From a virus (Duplodnaviria; Caudoviricetes): a stretch of DNA of 60,534 nucleotides. The stretch is from IMG/VR virus record IMGVR_UViG_3300048672_000522, positions 1 through 60,534 of that record. The stretch is one strand, 5' to 3'. The position numbers and the translations under genes are program-made. The notes beneath the pieces were generated by a model. That model was not told the DNA's origin and made no database searches. It saw nothing but the letters and a program-made list of their open reading frames with translations. Each line of letters opens with the position of its first letter. Within the stretch, counting starts at the first letter, position 1. Of the stretch, positions 49,682 to 60,413 are shown piece by piece.

Positions 49682-50608
49682 TTACTCACCAATACTCTTA
49701 AAATACTGCTCAATGTCGTCTTCGCCGGCATCTGGTTCTGCTTGAGGAGCAGGTTTGGCTTTTGTCTGAACTTTTGGTTCAGCAACAGTCTTACCTTGTG
49801 CCTTAGGAGCAGCAACAGGCATCGAGGACATGGACTCTGCAACTTCCTCAGCAGTCTTAGTACCTGCAGGAGTTCCATTCATGACGGATTCAAACTTACG
49901 CTTGAGCTCATCGTATGACTTGAACTTGGCAGGAGCAATCAGTTCCTTCAGTGGCTGCATTTTGTTGAGAATTTCAACGATTTCTTCATCAGAGCCGGCG
50001 ATAGGAGCAGGATCAGCGAACTCAGACTTGTCGTAGTTAGGATAACCTTCTACTTGACGCATGCGGAGTTTGAAGTTTGCACCTTCGAACGGATCGAATG
50101 GGTTCAGCGGCTTCTCATCTTCGAATGTTGGGTTGGCGGATTCCATCAACTTTTCAAAGATTTTCTTGCCGAACTTGAACTTCATCACACTTCCTTCCAA
50201 TTCTGGCTTACCTGGGCAAGACACAATCAGAATGTTTGCAATGTAGTTCAGGCGACGCTTGGATTTGCGAGCAGATTCTTTGTCTGCTTCCAATCCGGTC
50301 TTCCACAGAGCAGCATTGTGCTCGGAGACTGGATCTGCTTCACCCAAAGTGGTGCGGCTGTTCTCAATGTACCAACGACCGGTAGGGCCTTGGAAAGCAT
50401 GGTTGTAAATGCTCACCCATGGTAGTTCGTCATCGGGGTGTTTTGGCAGGAAGCGAATGACAGCAGAACCGTTACCGGCTTTGTCACGTTCCAATTTGAA
50501 GAAATCATCGTTATCATCCTTCTCGTACTATGTAGTCTTTTTCAAGGCTTGTTGCAGAGAAGCGAAGTCGCCACGTGATTTTCTTAGATCTCCAAGTGAA
50601 AAGCTCAT
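49682..50608 (-). CDS. gp32: Single-stranded DNA-binding protein gp32, 308 aa, 1 TAG
   Basis: DKAGNGSAVIRFLP, WYIENS, FGKKIF, GANFKL, NYDKSEF, acidic tail. Confidence 0.96.
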
Positions 50609-50734
50609 TTTATTTTCCTTTAAGTTAAAGCGGACTTGCCGCTACAATTATAGTGCATATAGCACTTCTGATAAGAGGTTTTCACCCTCTGCACTTATTT
50701 ATTCTATCAAAATCTCGATAGAAGTAAACAGTGC

Positions 50735-51022
50735 TTAATCACAAAATTCAAGGCGATTTGATTTTGGCAAAAGGCCTGCATCTTGCATCTCTGTTGCTAC
50801 TTTGTCCTTAAGGGACTGTGTCAGCATCCTTGCAAGAGTTTCATACTCAAGATCATATACTTCACAATAGTCAACAAGGACTGAAGTGATAGTGGTAGAA
50901 TCTCTGTTTGCAAGTGTTTCCACAAACTCCGAAAATTCTACGGCTGATTTGAAGATCAGATTCGGGGGATTCTGAGCCAACTTTACTAAGTCGACTCTCT
51001 CAAAGATTTCAACTCCAGGCAT
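50735..51022 (-). CDS. gp33: Late transcription co-activator gp33-like
   Basis: FSEFVE...VDYCE...SLKDKVATE..DAGLL; sits upstream of gp32 as in T4-like phages. Confidence 0.7.
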   Translation of the reverse strand: MPGVEIFERVDLVKLAQNPPNLIFKSAVEFSEFVETLANRDSTTITSVLVDYCEVYDLEYETLARMLTQSLKDKVATEMQDAGLLPKSNRLEFCD

Positions 51023-51266
51023 AAGCTTGTGTCAGGCGGTGCAGACGTTGAACCAAAGAATATTCTTCTGAGATATCCTTGAACTTCTGGGATTTGGTGA
51101 AACCTGATCGCTTCATAGATTGATCTGCTTCCATGTCCAGAATACGAGTTTTGTGCTCGAGAATCATCTTAATATCTTCCATTCGTTGGAGATTTCGCTC
51201 GCGTTTTGCGGAGAGAATAGCAACTTCAATTTTGCGATATTTCATCATTTTAGTACTTTCAATCAT
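51009..51266 (-). CDS. Hypothetical protein, 85 aa
   Basis: ATGA overlap with the upstream gene. Confidence 0.55.
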   Translation of the reverse strand: MIESTKMMKYRKIEVAILSAKRERNLQRMEDIKMILEHKTRILDMEADQSMKRSGFTKSQKFKDISEEYSLVQRLHRLTQAYAWS

Positions 51267-51472
51267 CGGCCAATAAGTTGGAAAATCATAAAGAAAAAAG
51301 TAGCACCGGCAGCAAAGAGGGCACCGATAGTCAACAATGCAGTGATAGGAAGCAACAACAGAAACCAAGAAAGATCACGTGCGTAACACGGGGCATTCAC
51401 CAGTTTCAAGAAGATTGTGACCAACCACATAATCACACCAAAAATAATCAAGCCGAGAATGGGAAAAATCAT
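51263..51472 (-). CDS. Small membrane protein, 69 aa
   Basis: Two hydrophobic segments; GAGG RBS. Confidence 0.65.
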   Translation of the reverse strand: MIFPILGLIIFGVIMWLVTIFLKLVNAPCYARDLSWFLLLLPITALLTIGALFAAGATFFFMIFQLIGR

Positions 51473-51513
51473 TTCAAAGACCTCACTGTTTCACATTTTG
51501 TTTTCATAGATGT

Positions 51514-51543
51514 ATTATAACACACTTCCGAATAAAAGTACAC
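51514..51543 (-). promoter_or_regulatory. Sigma70-like early/middle promoter
   Basis: GTGTAC-18 nt-TATAAT with extended TG. Confidence 0.55.
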
Positions 51544-51966
51544 TCAGAATGCATTCTTTTTCAGTGCCTACTGAACATGTTTCTTAGTGATTTTGCACTA
51601 GAACCATTGGTTATAGTAGTCTTCACTGAACATCGCTCTTTCTTCCATGATGTACCGAGTCTCTTCGTAGTTGCACTCCTACTTCTAGAAACAGAACTTG
51701 ATGATCTCTCTACGAAACTTATCGGCACCAAGTAGTTTGACTTCTTCTTGGAGTTCTTGATTGGACCCAAAGTAAGTCTTCCAGTCCTACTCCACCATCA
51801 TCTTTTTCTTGACACCCTTCACTTGTTTAGTACGACGGAACTGGAGAAGTTTCTTTCCCAGATACTGCCGGCCGGTGTCCAAACGAACAATCCGGTAGAT
51901 GAACCCAACAGCTTTATCTGGTGGCTCATCTACCGGATTACCATTTAACAACCATTGATCACTCAT
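51544..51966 (-). CDS. GIY-YIG nuclease (endonuclease II/DenA-like), 140 aa, 5 TAGs
   Basis: GFIY...YLGKK...VE*DWKTYFGS...FRREI..FCF*K*ECNYEE...YYNQWF*CKI. Confidence 0.8.
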
Positions 51967-52102
51967 CGTCAGTTTCATCTAGTGGTGCAGGAGAACCGCA
52001 CACTGGACAATACTAAACTTGTGCATCATCAAAGTCATCGCCGAGAATAACTTTGACATCAACACCGCAATCATCGCATGTAAAAACAACCTTTTGAGAC
52101 AT
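51959..52102 (-). CDS. Small zinc-ribbon protein, 47 aa
   Basis: CDDCG...V*YCPVCGS; GAAAGG RBS. Confidence 0.7.
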
Positions 52103-52159
52103 TATAGAGACCTTTCATATAGTAAAATACGCTCAGGTCTATATATTCATCTCATTGCT

Positions 52160-52408
52160 TCAGGCCAAGAATTCCAGAATCTTTTCCTTGGGTTGATTAC
52201 CATTCATAGTTCGGATGACTTGATCATTCTCATCTACGATCACCATAGTTGGAACTGAACGGACACCGAATTTCATGGCTCTATCAATCTGTGTGTCGAT
52301 GTCAACCTTCTCCATAGAATGAACAAGAGGGTGATCGACATCATTCAGTGTCATTTGCAATCCTTTGCAGGGCTGGCACCAAGCGGCGCTAATCTTAACT
52401 AGTTTCAT
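52160..52408 (-). CDS. Thioredoxin
   Basis: SAAWCQPCK, VRSVPT; downstream of nrdAB. Confidence 0.92.
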   Translation of the reverse strand: MKLVKISAAWCQPCKGLQMTLNDVDHPLVHSMEKVDIDTQIDRAMKFGVRSVPTMVIVDENDQVIRTMNGNQPKEKILEFLA

Positions 52409-52455
52409 ATTTGCTCCTTGAATCATTGGCAAGCTAATGCCGTTTATTGAAAATT

Positions 52456-52521
52456 TATAAATAGGTGGTACTCGCGGAACGCCAATTCCCAGTACCTCTA
52501 ATCAACCCAACGAAAGGCCTT
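52456..52521 (+). promoter_or_regulatory. Late promoter (TATAAATA) plus hairpin leader, copy 2
   Basis: Exact TATAAATA followed by a ggtact...agtacc stem; similar to 49131-49199. Confidence 0.75.
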
Positions 52522-53208
52522 ATGACCAGCTCAAACTTATTTTGTGTGTATTTGACTATATATCGCGGAAACAGACTTCCCCCTTTTTACATTGGATCAT
52601 CCAGTATTCAAAAAGTTAATGAAGGATACAGGGGTTAGGTATCATCAAAGAAATATAAACACATTTGGCGTTATGAACTTAAACACAATCCACAGAATTT
52701 TAAAACCGTCATAGTCTGTCATACAGACACTCGACAATCTGCATTAGAAAAAGAAGAAAAATTACATAGATTATTGAGTGTAGCTAAAAATGATCTTTAT
52801 ATCAATCAAGGAATTGCTAGCGCTAATGGAGCATTCGGTAGAATGTATCACAAAGAAAGAATGAAATATAACAATCCAATGTTTAATAAAGATATAGCTA
52901 AAAAAGTAGGTGCGCGATTAAAAATAGGCAGAAAGAATGGCGAATATAAATCTTCTTCTAATAAACCAGCGACATTAGAGAAAAGCAAAGAAAGGATGAA
53001 ATATAACAATCCAATGTTTAATAAAGAAACATTGAATAAGATGTTAAATTCTAGAAAACCAGAAGATTCTGGTAAAGGAATGATATGGGTCGCCAATATA
53101 CACACAAAACAACGAACTAGAATTCCACCAGATAAACTAGAATAGATGTCTCATCATGGATGGATTAAACTCTGGAATCGGAGACCGATTCCAGATTCTA
53201 TTTCTTAA
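52522..53208 (+). mobile_element. GIY-YIG homing endonuclease, 228 aa, 2 TAGs
   Basis: CVYLTIY...FYIGSS...GYRG*VSSKKY...ALEKE...YIN; duplicated KERMKYNNPMFNK; stop overlaps the nrdA stop. Confidence 0.82.
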
Positions 53209-54926
53209 CTACAGGCAACGCATTCTGTAATTTTAGATGCGGCAATACCAGACTTACTGTAAATGTAATACAACCCGCGAATACCCTCGTCCATGAAGGC
53301 AGCTTGATGTACTGCTGCAATTTTTTCTTCATCTTCCTCTGCTGAACAGAAGAGGTTAAGAGACTGCCACTGATCAACAAATTTACCCCTAGCGGATGCC
53401 AAACGAAGAATAGCCATTTGATCAATTTCGAATGCAGTCTTGAATACAGACTTCTCAAAGGTGTCGAGCCACTCAACGTGCTGAACAGAACCAAATGCTT
53501 CTGTGACCTGAGCGATATTCTGCTTAGTGTACACACCCTTCTTCTTCATCAACTTCAAAAGTGTTGGGTTGATTCTGTCAACTTCACCAGCAGCGGTGGA
53601 TTGAGTGAATGTCATAGCAGGATCTGGATTAATACCCTCAGAGATACCACCCATTAGCAAAGCAGTGGACTTGGTAGGAGCAATAGCAATCCTATGTGTG
53701 TTTCTGAGTCCGGAACCTTCACACCACTCAGGTTCACCAAGTTCGATAGCTAGATCACGAGAAGCGCGTAGAGATTCATCATGAATATGTTTTGCAATCT
53801 CCTGAGACAACATGTGTGCTTCCAGGCCCTCAAATGGCAGCATTCTCTCTTGAAGCAAAGTATGGAAACCACACTGGCCGAGACCTAGGGCACGACCTCT
53901 TACAGTAGCACGAACTGCAGATTCTAGTCCTTTGACATTATGTGCACGCTCGATAAACTCAGAAGCAACACAATCCAAGAAGATCGTCATCCAGAAGATA
54001 GCATCAGAATTTTTGATCAGATCCCATTTTACCATATTTGCCGAGGATAGTACACACGTAAAAGTATGTTCTTCACCTTTGTACATCCCTGCAAACAGAG
54101 TAATCTCGTCACATAGATTAGATGTCTTCACTGTGAGACCAAACTTCTTGTATGTCTCTGGGTTGTTACGGTTGATCTTGTCGATAAAGCAGAAGTATCC
54201 CTTGCCTGTGAGCATCTTTAACTTGAGTACTTTGCTGAATCTTCTAGATGCTTCAGCATCGCCGGACTTAAGATCTTCGATATACTTGTCTGTGATATTC
54301 CATCCGATATTTGCATCATCAGGTTCTGCAGCAACATAATCTGCAATCTCATCAAAGTCGCCATGATCAATAGGCAAGTATCCTGCCCATGCGCCACGCC
54401 GCGCAGTACCTTGTGCTACATTTCGCATGGTATGAATGCGATCCTTGAACACGGGAAGAACACCAGATGCCTTGCCACCAACAGAGATAGGTGTGCCACG
54501 TGGACGAATATCACCCAAATAAGAACTAGTACCAAACCCGTGTTTTGTGAGAAGTGCAGTCTCAGTCAGATCAGAATAGAAACCATAGATGCTATCTTCA
54601 ATAGTGCCGCCAGAACAACTCACTGGCATACCGCGATTGGTACCCATATTCGCCAGAACTGGCGTAGAAGGACTCATCAGACCTTCCCATAAGAGATTGA
54701 AGAACTTGGTTTCAGCCTGAGTTTCGTATTTAGTACCTTTAAGGTGTTTTGCAGCAGTTATTGCAATCCTCTCGAACTGTCCGCGGACACTTCTTCCACC
54801 CGTCTCATACTCATATTTTTCCTTGAACAACTGATACCCACCAGATGTATACCACTCAGGGACAAGACCTTCTTCTTGAAGACGCTTTCGTTCTTCAGAC
54901 AACTTTTCATAAATGCTAACCGACAT
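53205..54926 (-). CDS. nrdA: Ribonucleotide reductase class I alpha subunit
   Basis: SPSTPVLAN, PVSC, SNLCDEI, AIAPT, LYY and C-terminal CVAC; no TAG. Confidence 0.95.
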   Translation of the reverse strand: MSVSIYEKLSEERKRLQEEGLVPEWYTSGGYQLFKEKYEYETGGRSVRGQFERIAITAAKHLKGTKYETQAETKFFNLLWEGLMSPSTPVLANMGTNRGMPVSCSGGTIEDSIYGFYSDLTETALLTKHGFGTSSYLGDIRPRGTPISVGGKASGVLPVFKDRIHTMRNVAQGTARRGAWAGYLPIDHGDFDEIADYVAAEPDDANIGWNITDKYIEDLKSGDAEASRRFSKVLKLKMLTGKGYFCFIDKINRNNPETYKKFGLTVKTSNLCDEITLFAGMYKGEEHTFTCVLSSANMVKWDLIKNSDAIFWMTIFLDCVASEFIERAHNVKGLESAVRATVRGRALGLGQCGFHTLLQERMLPFEGLEAHMLSQEIAKHIHDESLRASRDLAIELGEPEWCEGSGLRNTHRIAIAPTKSTALLMGGISEGINPDPAMTFTQSTAAGEVDRINPTLLKLMKKKGVYTKQNIAQVTEAFGSVQHVEWLDTFEKSVFKTAFEIDQMAILRLASARGKFVDQWQSLNLFCSAEEDEEKIAAVHQAAFMDEGIRGLYYIYSKSGIAASKITECVACS

Positions 54927-54928
54927 AT

Positions 54929-55891
54929 TCAAACCTTCCAAACAAATTTAGACTCATCCCAATCTCTAGCATATTCCCTCTACATCCCCTAAAAGAAATC
55001 ATTGAACGTATAATCATTGATCGCTTTATAGAACCAATCAGAGATTGGATCATATGTCACATCAAACAAAGATTGGAAACCAAGTTGCTTGAAGCATTCA
55101 TTGATTCTTGCTTTGACAAAGTTCTTCAACTGTTTGGCTGTGATACCGTCCTGAGTACCTTTTTCAAAAACCATATCGATGATTTCATCTTCATGTTCGA
55201 AGATTTTAAGAGCAGCTGTTGTAATTTTACCCTTCAGTGATTCCCATTGTTCTGCATTCAGACCTGCATTCTTGGCCTTAACCTTGAAGGCATAAGCAGA
55301 AGCGAGTGCGTGGAGATTTTCATCACGTAGTGAGAAATTGATACCGCGAACGACATTCAGCAGTTTATTTTTACCCTGAGATTGGAAGTGTTTCAAGTAT
55401 GCGAAGGCAGAATAAAGAACGACACCTTCGACCATAGAGAAAGTAGCAAGAGCAGCGAGTTCATCTTCTTCAGAAATGATCTGTGCAATATGCTCCATAC
55501 GTTCTTTTAGTACGGGGTTGTCCAGATACTACATGTAGAAGTTTTCATCATCAAGATGCAACAATTGGTTGATCTTATTGTAGAACGGACCGTGAACGGC
55601 AAGTTCAAACATTGCAAAAGTAGAAGCCATCCGGTGCCATTCCACACCATCAAACATCTCCTTGAATCTACCACCCCACCATTCGTCTCCGGCATGAGTT
55701 TCATACAACTAGAATAATTTCAATGTAGTAATCACACCGTGCTTTTCCGCTGGGGTGAAATTTACCAACACATCCTGAATATCTTTTTCTACATTAACTT
55801 CTTCTGGTAACCAAAATATCTTGAGTTGTTTGTCCGTAAACTATTGTGGAACTGGATCCGTATCGATCGGGATTAAGTGTTTTGCTAGCAT
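54929..55891 (-). CDS. nrdB: Ribonucleotide reductase class I beta subunit, 320 aa, 5 TAGs
   Basis: FWLPEE, ELAVHGPFY, EGVVLYSAF, RDENLH, NDFF. Confidence 0.93.
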
Positions 55892-55897
55892 TTTACC

Positions 55898-56293
55898 TCA
55901 ATGTAAGTAAGTTGGTTTTTGTTCGTCATAATTGTGTGTATCAATATCTTCCGTCATCAATTTAATAATCCCATTCCAATTAACATCTTCAATTTCATTC
56001 ATATCTTCATCATATACAGTCCCATATGCGCAAACATCGGCTATAAAGAAACCTGTGGAAGTTAACTTGCCAATGAATTCCGCAACTTCATATAATTCAT
56101 TGCAGACTGCACCCGTTCTGATAGTAAAACCAGCTTCTACTTTCTTTTCTGTATGATTCCTAATCATGAATCTGATTATAGGCACATAAAATGTATCAGT
56201 ATCCTATTCTACTTTAATACAATCAATTGCTAATAGATCGAATTGATCTTCGATCACCGGGAAACACGAGAAAAGTTTCTTATAATCAATCAT
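55898..56293 (-). CDS. Hypothetical protein, 131 aa
   Basis: Frame open from ATG 56293 across one TAG. Confidence 0.65.
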
Positions 56294-56296
56294 GTC

Positions 56297-57313
56297 TTAG
56301 AATTTCTTCCTATGACTAATCTCTAGTTTGGCCTTCAATCCACTGGTCACATTTTGCATAATTATTTCCATCACTTTCTGTTTAGACAAATTACCTTTGA
56401 CAACACAATCATTTATATCTTTCCACGGAACAGATTCGGGCATCAACGATACTCTGAACCCATCATTAATAATCCTCTCCAATGATTGATACACCTGCTT
56501 ATTTCTTTTCCAATCAGAATCTGGTATTACTATAATCTTTTCTCTATTTTGTTCGAGAAATGGAAGACTAAAATCACCACCGTTTACTGCTATGCAATTA
56601 TCAAGGAACAGAGAATCAATCTGACCTTCAACAGCCAGAATATCTCTGTTCATATCCAACTTCCATAGACCGTAAATTTTTGGTCTAGCTTTGTCTACCA
56701 TCACAGTAACATATTTTGGCTGTTCTGCTCCGAAGGAACGACCTGAATAGCAAATAACAGATCCATCTGAATCATAAAAAGGAAATACTAATCTCGGATG
56801 GGGACTATTTAACTTCTCAAAAACTTCATCATACTTCGCTGCAAATTTATAGAAGTTCTTGGCGATGCTAATGTCCGGCCATGACTCTTTTGGAATCTTG
56901 CGGGACATCACATATTGTATCACAGAACTGGTTTCTGGTAGCTTTGTTAGAGGAATCAAGTCTTGATCTAGTTCTACATGCTTTGGCTGCGGTTTCACTA
57001 TGGAGGTGAACAGCGGCTTGGTTGTAGCAAGCCCTCCTCTAGAGTCCTTAAACTTCTCCATCCTGTACTCTTGATACAAGTTTGGGTCTTCTTGCTTTAA
57101 GAAATTGCCGAACGAGCTTGAAGCCGAACAGTGGTAGCAATGAAACATCATACCATCATCCGTCTGGTAGAAGTTCCCTCTAGCTTGAACTCTGCTTTTG
57201 CCGAAGTCCTCGCATGAATGAGAGAAAGCATAGACATTCCCTCTCTTCTGCTTGAAGTTAGGAAGTCGGCCGCCTAGTAGTTTGGTGTATTTTAGGTCAA
57301 TGTAGTAACTCAT
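56297..57313 (-). CDS. gp61: DNA primase gp61
   Basis: CYHC, RLVFPF, GRS, VEGQIDSLFL, KDIND. Confidence 0.93.
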   Translation of the reverse strand: MSYYIDLKYTKLLGGRLPNFKQKRGNVYAFSHSCEDFGKSRVQARGNFYQTDDGMMFHCYHCSASSSFGNFLKQEDPNLYQEYRMEKFKDSRGGLATTKPLFTSIVKPQPKHVELDQDLIPLTKLPETSSVIQYVMSRKIPKESWPDISIAKNFYKFAAKYDEVFEKLNSPHPRLVFPFYDSDGSVICYSGRSFGAEQPKYVTVMVDKARPKIYGLWKLDMNRDILAVEGQIDSLFLDNCIAVNGGDFSLPFLEQNREKIIVIPDSDWKRNKQVYQSLERIINDGFRVSLMPESVPWKDINDCVVKGNLSKQKVMEIIMQNVTSGLKAKLEISHRKKF

Positions 57314-57497
57314 ATTGAGTACTATATCATAAAAACGAGGGAGAAACGAGAGACTTAAGAAAACTGTGTTTTCTATCAAAAAGGTAAGGGATACCCCTTA
57401 GACGTAAAAAACGATCAAAAAAGTGTATATAGATCAATCACTTAGCTGTGTGTTTTTACAGTTCTAAACAATTTTCTAAGGAATTTTGACAGTGGAG

Positions 57498-57602
57498 AAA
57501 AACTTTTTACTAAGAGGGGTTTACAGTGGATTCGTTCAATATACAATCATATTAAAAGGATAATCCAGATGCCTCCCCCGTTCGTTGGTAATGGAACTAT
57601 CT
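57498..57602 (+). promoter_or_regulatory. Conserved ~105-bp intergenic element, copy 2
   Basis: GTTTAC 57519-57524, TACAAT 57542-57547, then cccccgttcgttggtaatggaactatct identical to copy 1. Confidence 0.75.
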
Positions 57603-57739
57603 TAGTTCAGTGTCTTTAACTTCACGGGATCTTGCATCAGATCGGTAGGCGGCATTGGAAACTTTTGTTTCTCAACGATTGGAGTTGTGCAGCAACCTGC
57701 CAGCATGAGAACACATAACGATGCTAGAATGAATTTCAT
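57602..57739 (-). CDS. Outer-membrane spanin (Rz1-like lipoprotein), 45 aa
   Basis: MKFILASLCVLMLAGC lipobox, Pro-rich mature part, overlaps the end of the Rz-like gene. Confidence 0.75.
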   Translation of the reverse strand: MKFILASLCVLMLAGCCTTPIVEKQKFPMPPTDLMQDPVKLKTLN

Positions 57740-58302
57740 TTCTTTTCGTTCCATAATTTTTCTTGTCTGCGAACCCACTCTTGAAGAGACTTGAGTTGTT
57801 GAGCAGTTCTCTGGCAGGTAGAATAATTCTCCTTGACAACTGAACCGACTTGACTGAGTTTAACTTCGGATGGAGAAGAATCTGTTTCCTCCGGCTTGAT
57901 AAGAACTTGATTCACAACTGAGTCATGCAATCTCACAAAACCGTTGTTAATAGTACAAGCAGAATCATCCTTCACGGTAACAAATTCAGTCACTACTTGC
58001 TGTTCGATTCTATCTATATATCTGATCTCAGGATAGAACTCCGTCAGAATCTGTGTATTTATATCAGCGGATTGTGCTTGAAGAGAAGCAATTTCTAATC
58101 TAGCTTCAGCCATCTTAATTTCCCAATCAAGTCTTTCCTATTCCTTACCTTTAAAGAATAATCCTAGACTAATTAGCAATACACCCACGAATTGACCTAT
58201 TATCTTGTACTGACCAATTGGAAGAATATAGGAGGCAAGGAATAGTACAGAACCTATAATCAATATAGAAAAACTGTACTAGATAATAAAAGATTCAATC
58301 AT
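57736..58302 (-). CDS. Inner-membrane spanin (Rz-like), 188 aa, 2 TAGs
   Basis: N-terminal transmembrane segments, coiled coil, C..NNGFVRLHD, ENYSTC...QLKSLQEWV. Confidence 0.75.
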
Positions 58303-59057
58303 CAGATATCCATTACTTCAATTTCATCATAAATTGTATGAACTGATTCGGCCAATTGCTTTGGCTTACGTTTGATATTAGCCCAATTACCAGAACCTTT
58401 TCTGGAATATCTAATACCTTTCATCGTCCCTTTTGAATCCTTCAGAACAATAATTCCGGTTGGATTCTTCTTTGCAAAATCATATATCTCTTTGTGGCTG
58501 GTGTCTTCTAAATTAAGATATTGATTCCATCTACGGTATTTAGCCTTGCCTTTGCTGAATTTTCCAAATGTGTCATCGTCCACTTGAAATTCAGCAAATC
58601 TTCTTACGATCTTAGATTTCTTGACTGGAGCATCGGTGGAAACTCCAGCTCCTGCTGAGTTTGCTGCAGCATCTTCTGAAAGTGCTTCGAATGCATCTTC
58701 TACCAAATCTCGTTCTTCAAATGGTAGATTCCAGACTCTGTCAAAATTCTCATGGAAGTGCTTTAGTGCTTGATCTTCTGAGTGCTGGGATTCCATCTAT
58801 TCTCTTACCAACAGATACGCTGCTGCGAGAGATCCGACTCTAGTTTTGCCACCTGGGACTAGTGCGAAAACCTTCTTGATATTCCATACCAGGCGATGCA
58901 ACATACTAGTAGAATTTTTCTCATCTGCAGTTTCTGCATCTTTTAATTTGCTGCCATTAGCATCAATGAGACCAAATTTAAATGCATCAGTCTTTTCAAA
59001 TGGGACCGTCAGCAAGTAAATGATGCGAAGGGCTATGAGATTATCTACAATGCGCAC
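58302..59057 (-). CDS. Conserved T4-like hypothetical protein, 251 aa
   Basis: Two track ORFs abut in frame at TAG 58797; TDAFKFGLIDANG, HRLVWNIK. Confidence 0.75.
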
Positions 59058-59060
59058 TTA

Positions 59061-59426
59061 TTACTCCCAGAGAGTTGTTTTGTTATCACCTAGATATTTC
59101 TTAGCAAGACCTAGTGAAATTAATTGTTTGTTAATTGATGGTGCATCTAAATCTAGATTGATATCAGCCAACCATCTTCCATATTTATCGGTCTTCGTCG
59201 ATAATATTGTAACTTGTTTATTCAGAATTTGATCTACTAAGAACTGCTTAGCCTAAGATGCAATTGATTTAATTTCAGAACTTTTCTAATTTAGTTCTGG
59301 TGTATCAATGCCATTTAATCTAAATCTTATTTTTGTCTGCACACTGAAACCTAGATCAACAATAGCATCGACTGTGTCACCATCTATTATCTTAGTAATT
59401 GTAGCAGTGTAGATATAATTGATCAT
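59061..59426 (-). CDS. Staphylococcal nuclease (thermonuclease) family protein, 121 aa, 2 TAGs
   Basis: IIDGDTVD..VDLGF...RLNGIDTPE...DKYGRWLA; missing from the ORF track. Confidence 0.88.
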
Positions 59427-59797
59427 AGTTTTCTTAATTTTTCGATAATGACTTCATCGAGTTTTATATCTGTTATAGGAGTTTTTCCAGAAATCAGATA
59501 ATTTGGAGATAATCTGTTGAGAAATATAAGATATGGGATCAATGTTCCCCATTGATGGCTTTCTATCTTATAAAACACCATATCCAATGTGGAATTTCCA
59601 AATATATTAAAACAAATAACTAGATGGTTCAGAACTAGACGTTCATTGCTAGCTCCTGAACCATCAAGATACTTATTGAATATCTTTTTAATGTGAGAAA
59701 ACCTATCGAGATCCTATTTGAACTCATCCACAGATATACACTGTGGATTATCATATGAGTGCAAAGCAAGTTGGAGAAAGGTTTTCTCATTCATCAT
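59423..59797 (-). CDS. Conserved T4-like hypothetical protein, 124 aa
   Basis: YDNPQC..DEF.*DL...ERLVLNHL..CFNIFG. Confidence 0.75.
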
Positions 59798-59810
59798 ATA
59801 GCAATCAGAA

Positions 59811-60383
59811 TCAAGCTACTGTCAGTTCAGCACCCTTAGATGTGACTTGAGCAGTGCTAGCGGCATTGGTAATTACACAGCGATACTTGACACCATTCAG
59901 ACCGGTAGAATTAGAGATATTCAGTGTAGCAGTAGTTGCTGTAGAATACACCCCACCATTAGCAATGTTTGCATATGCTGCAGCACCAGTCTTTTGTTGC
60001 CACTGATACGTAGCACCAGCAGGCACAGAAACGACCACACCGAATGTTGCCGCGGCAGGAGCTGTCACACTTGCTGCACTTGGTTGTGTGGTAATAGCAA
60101 ACTCGACATCAGCAACCACCAAGTCATCTGTAGCATCACCAGACTTAGAATTGAGAGCTGTAGCATTAGCAAGAGCAACCAAGCACTCCATAAACGTGCG
60201 CTGATTGCCACCAGCTTCATCTTTAGTCTTGATCAGGTACCAGCCTGGACCTTTGATACCTTTTGCCTTGTTAGAAGCCAGTGCTGCTTCTTCAGAAGAG
60301 ACGAAGAATGCCTTTGCTGCATCTTCAGCAGATAACCACTTTGGTTTAGAGATTTCTGCATCTGTTACGCCGAATAGTGCCAT
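59811..60383 (-). CDS. Ig-like domain virion protein
   Basis: ITTQP...TYQWQ...TLNI...KYRCVIT Ig-fold signature. Confidence 0.75.
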   Translation of the reverse strand: MALFGVTDAEISKPKWLSAEDAAKAFFVSSEEAALASNKAKGIKGPGWYLIKTKDEAGGNQRTFMECLVALANATALNSKSGDATDDLVVADVEFAITTQPSAASVTAPAAATFGVVVSVPAGATYQWQQKTGAAAYANIANGGVYSTATTATLNISNSTGLNGVKYRCVITNAASTAQVTSKGAELTVA

Positions 60384-60413
60384 TTTGTTTTCCTTTCAGT
60401 CCGTATTGAACTA

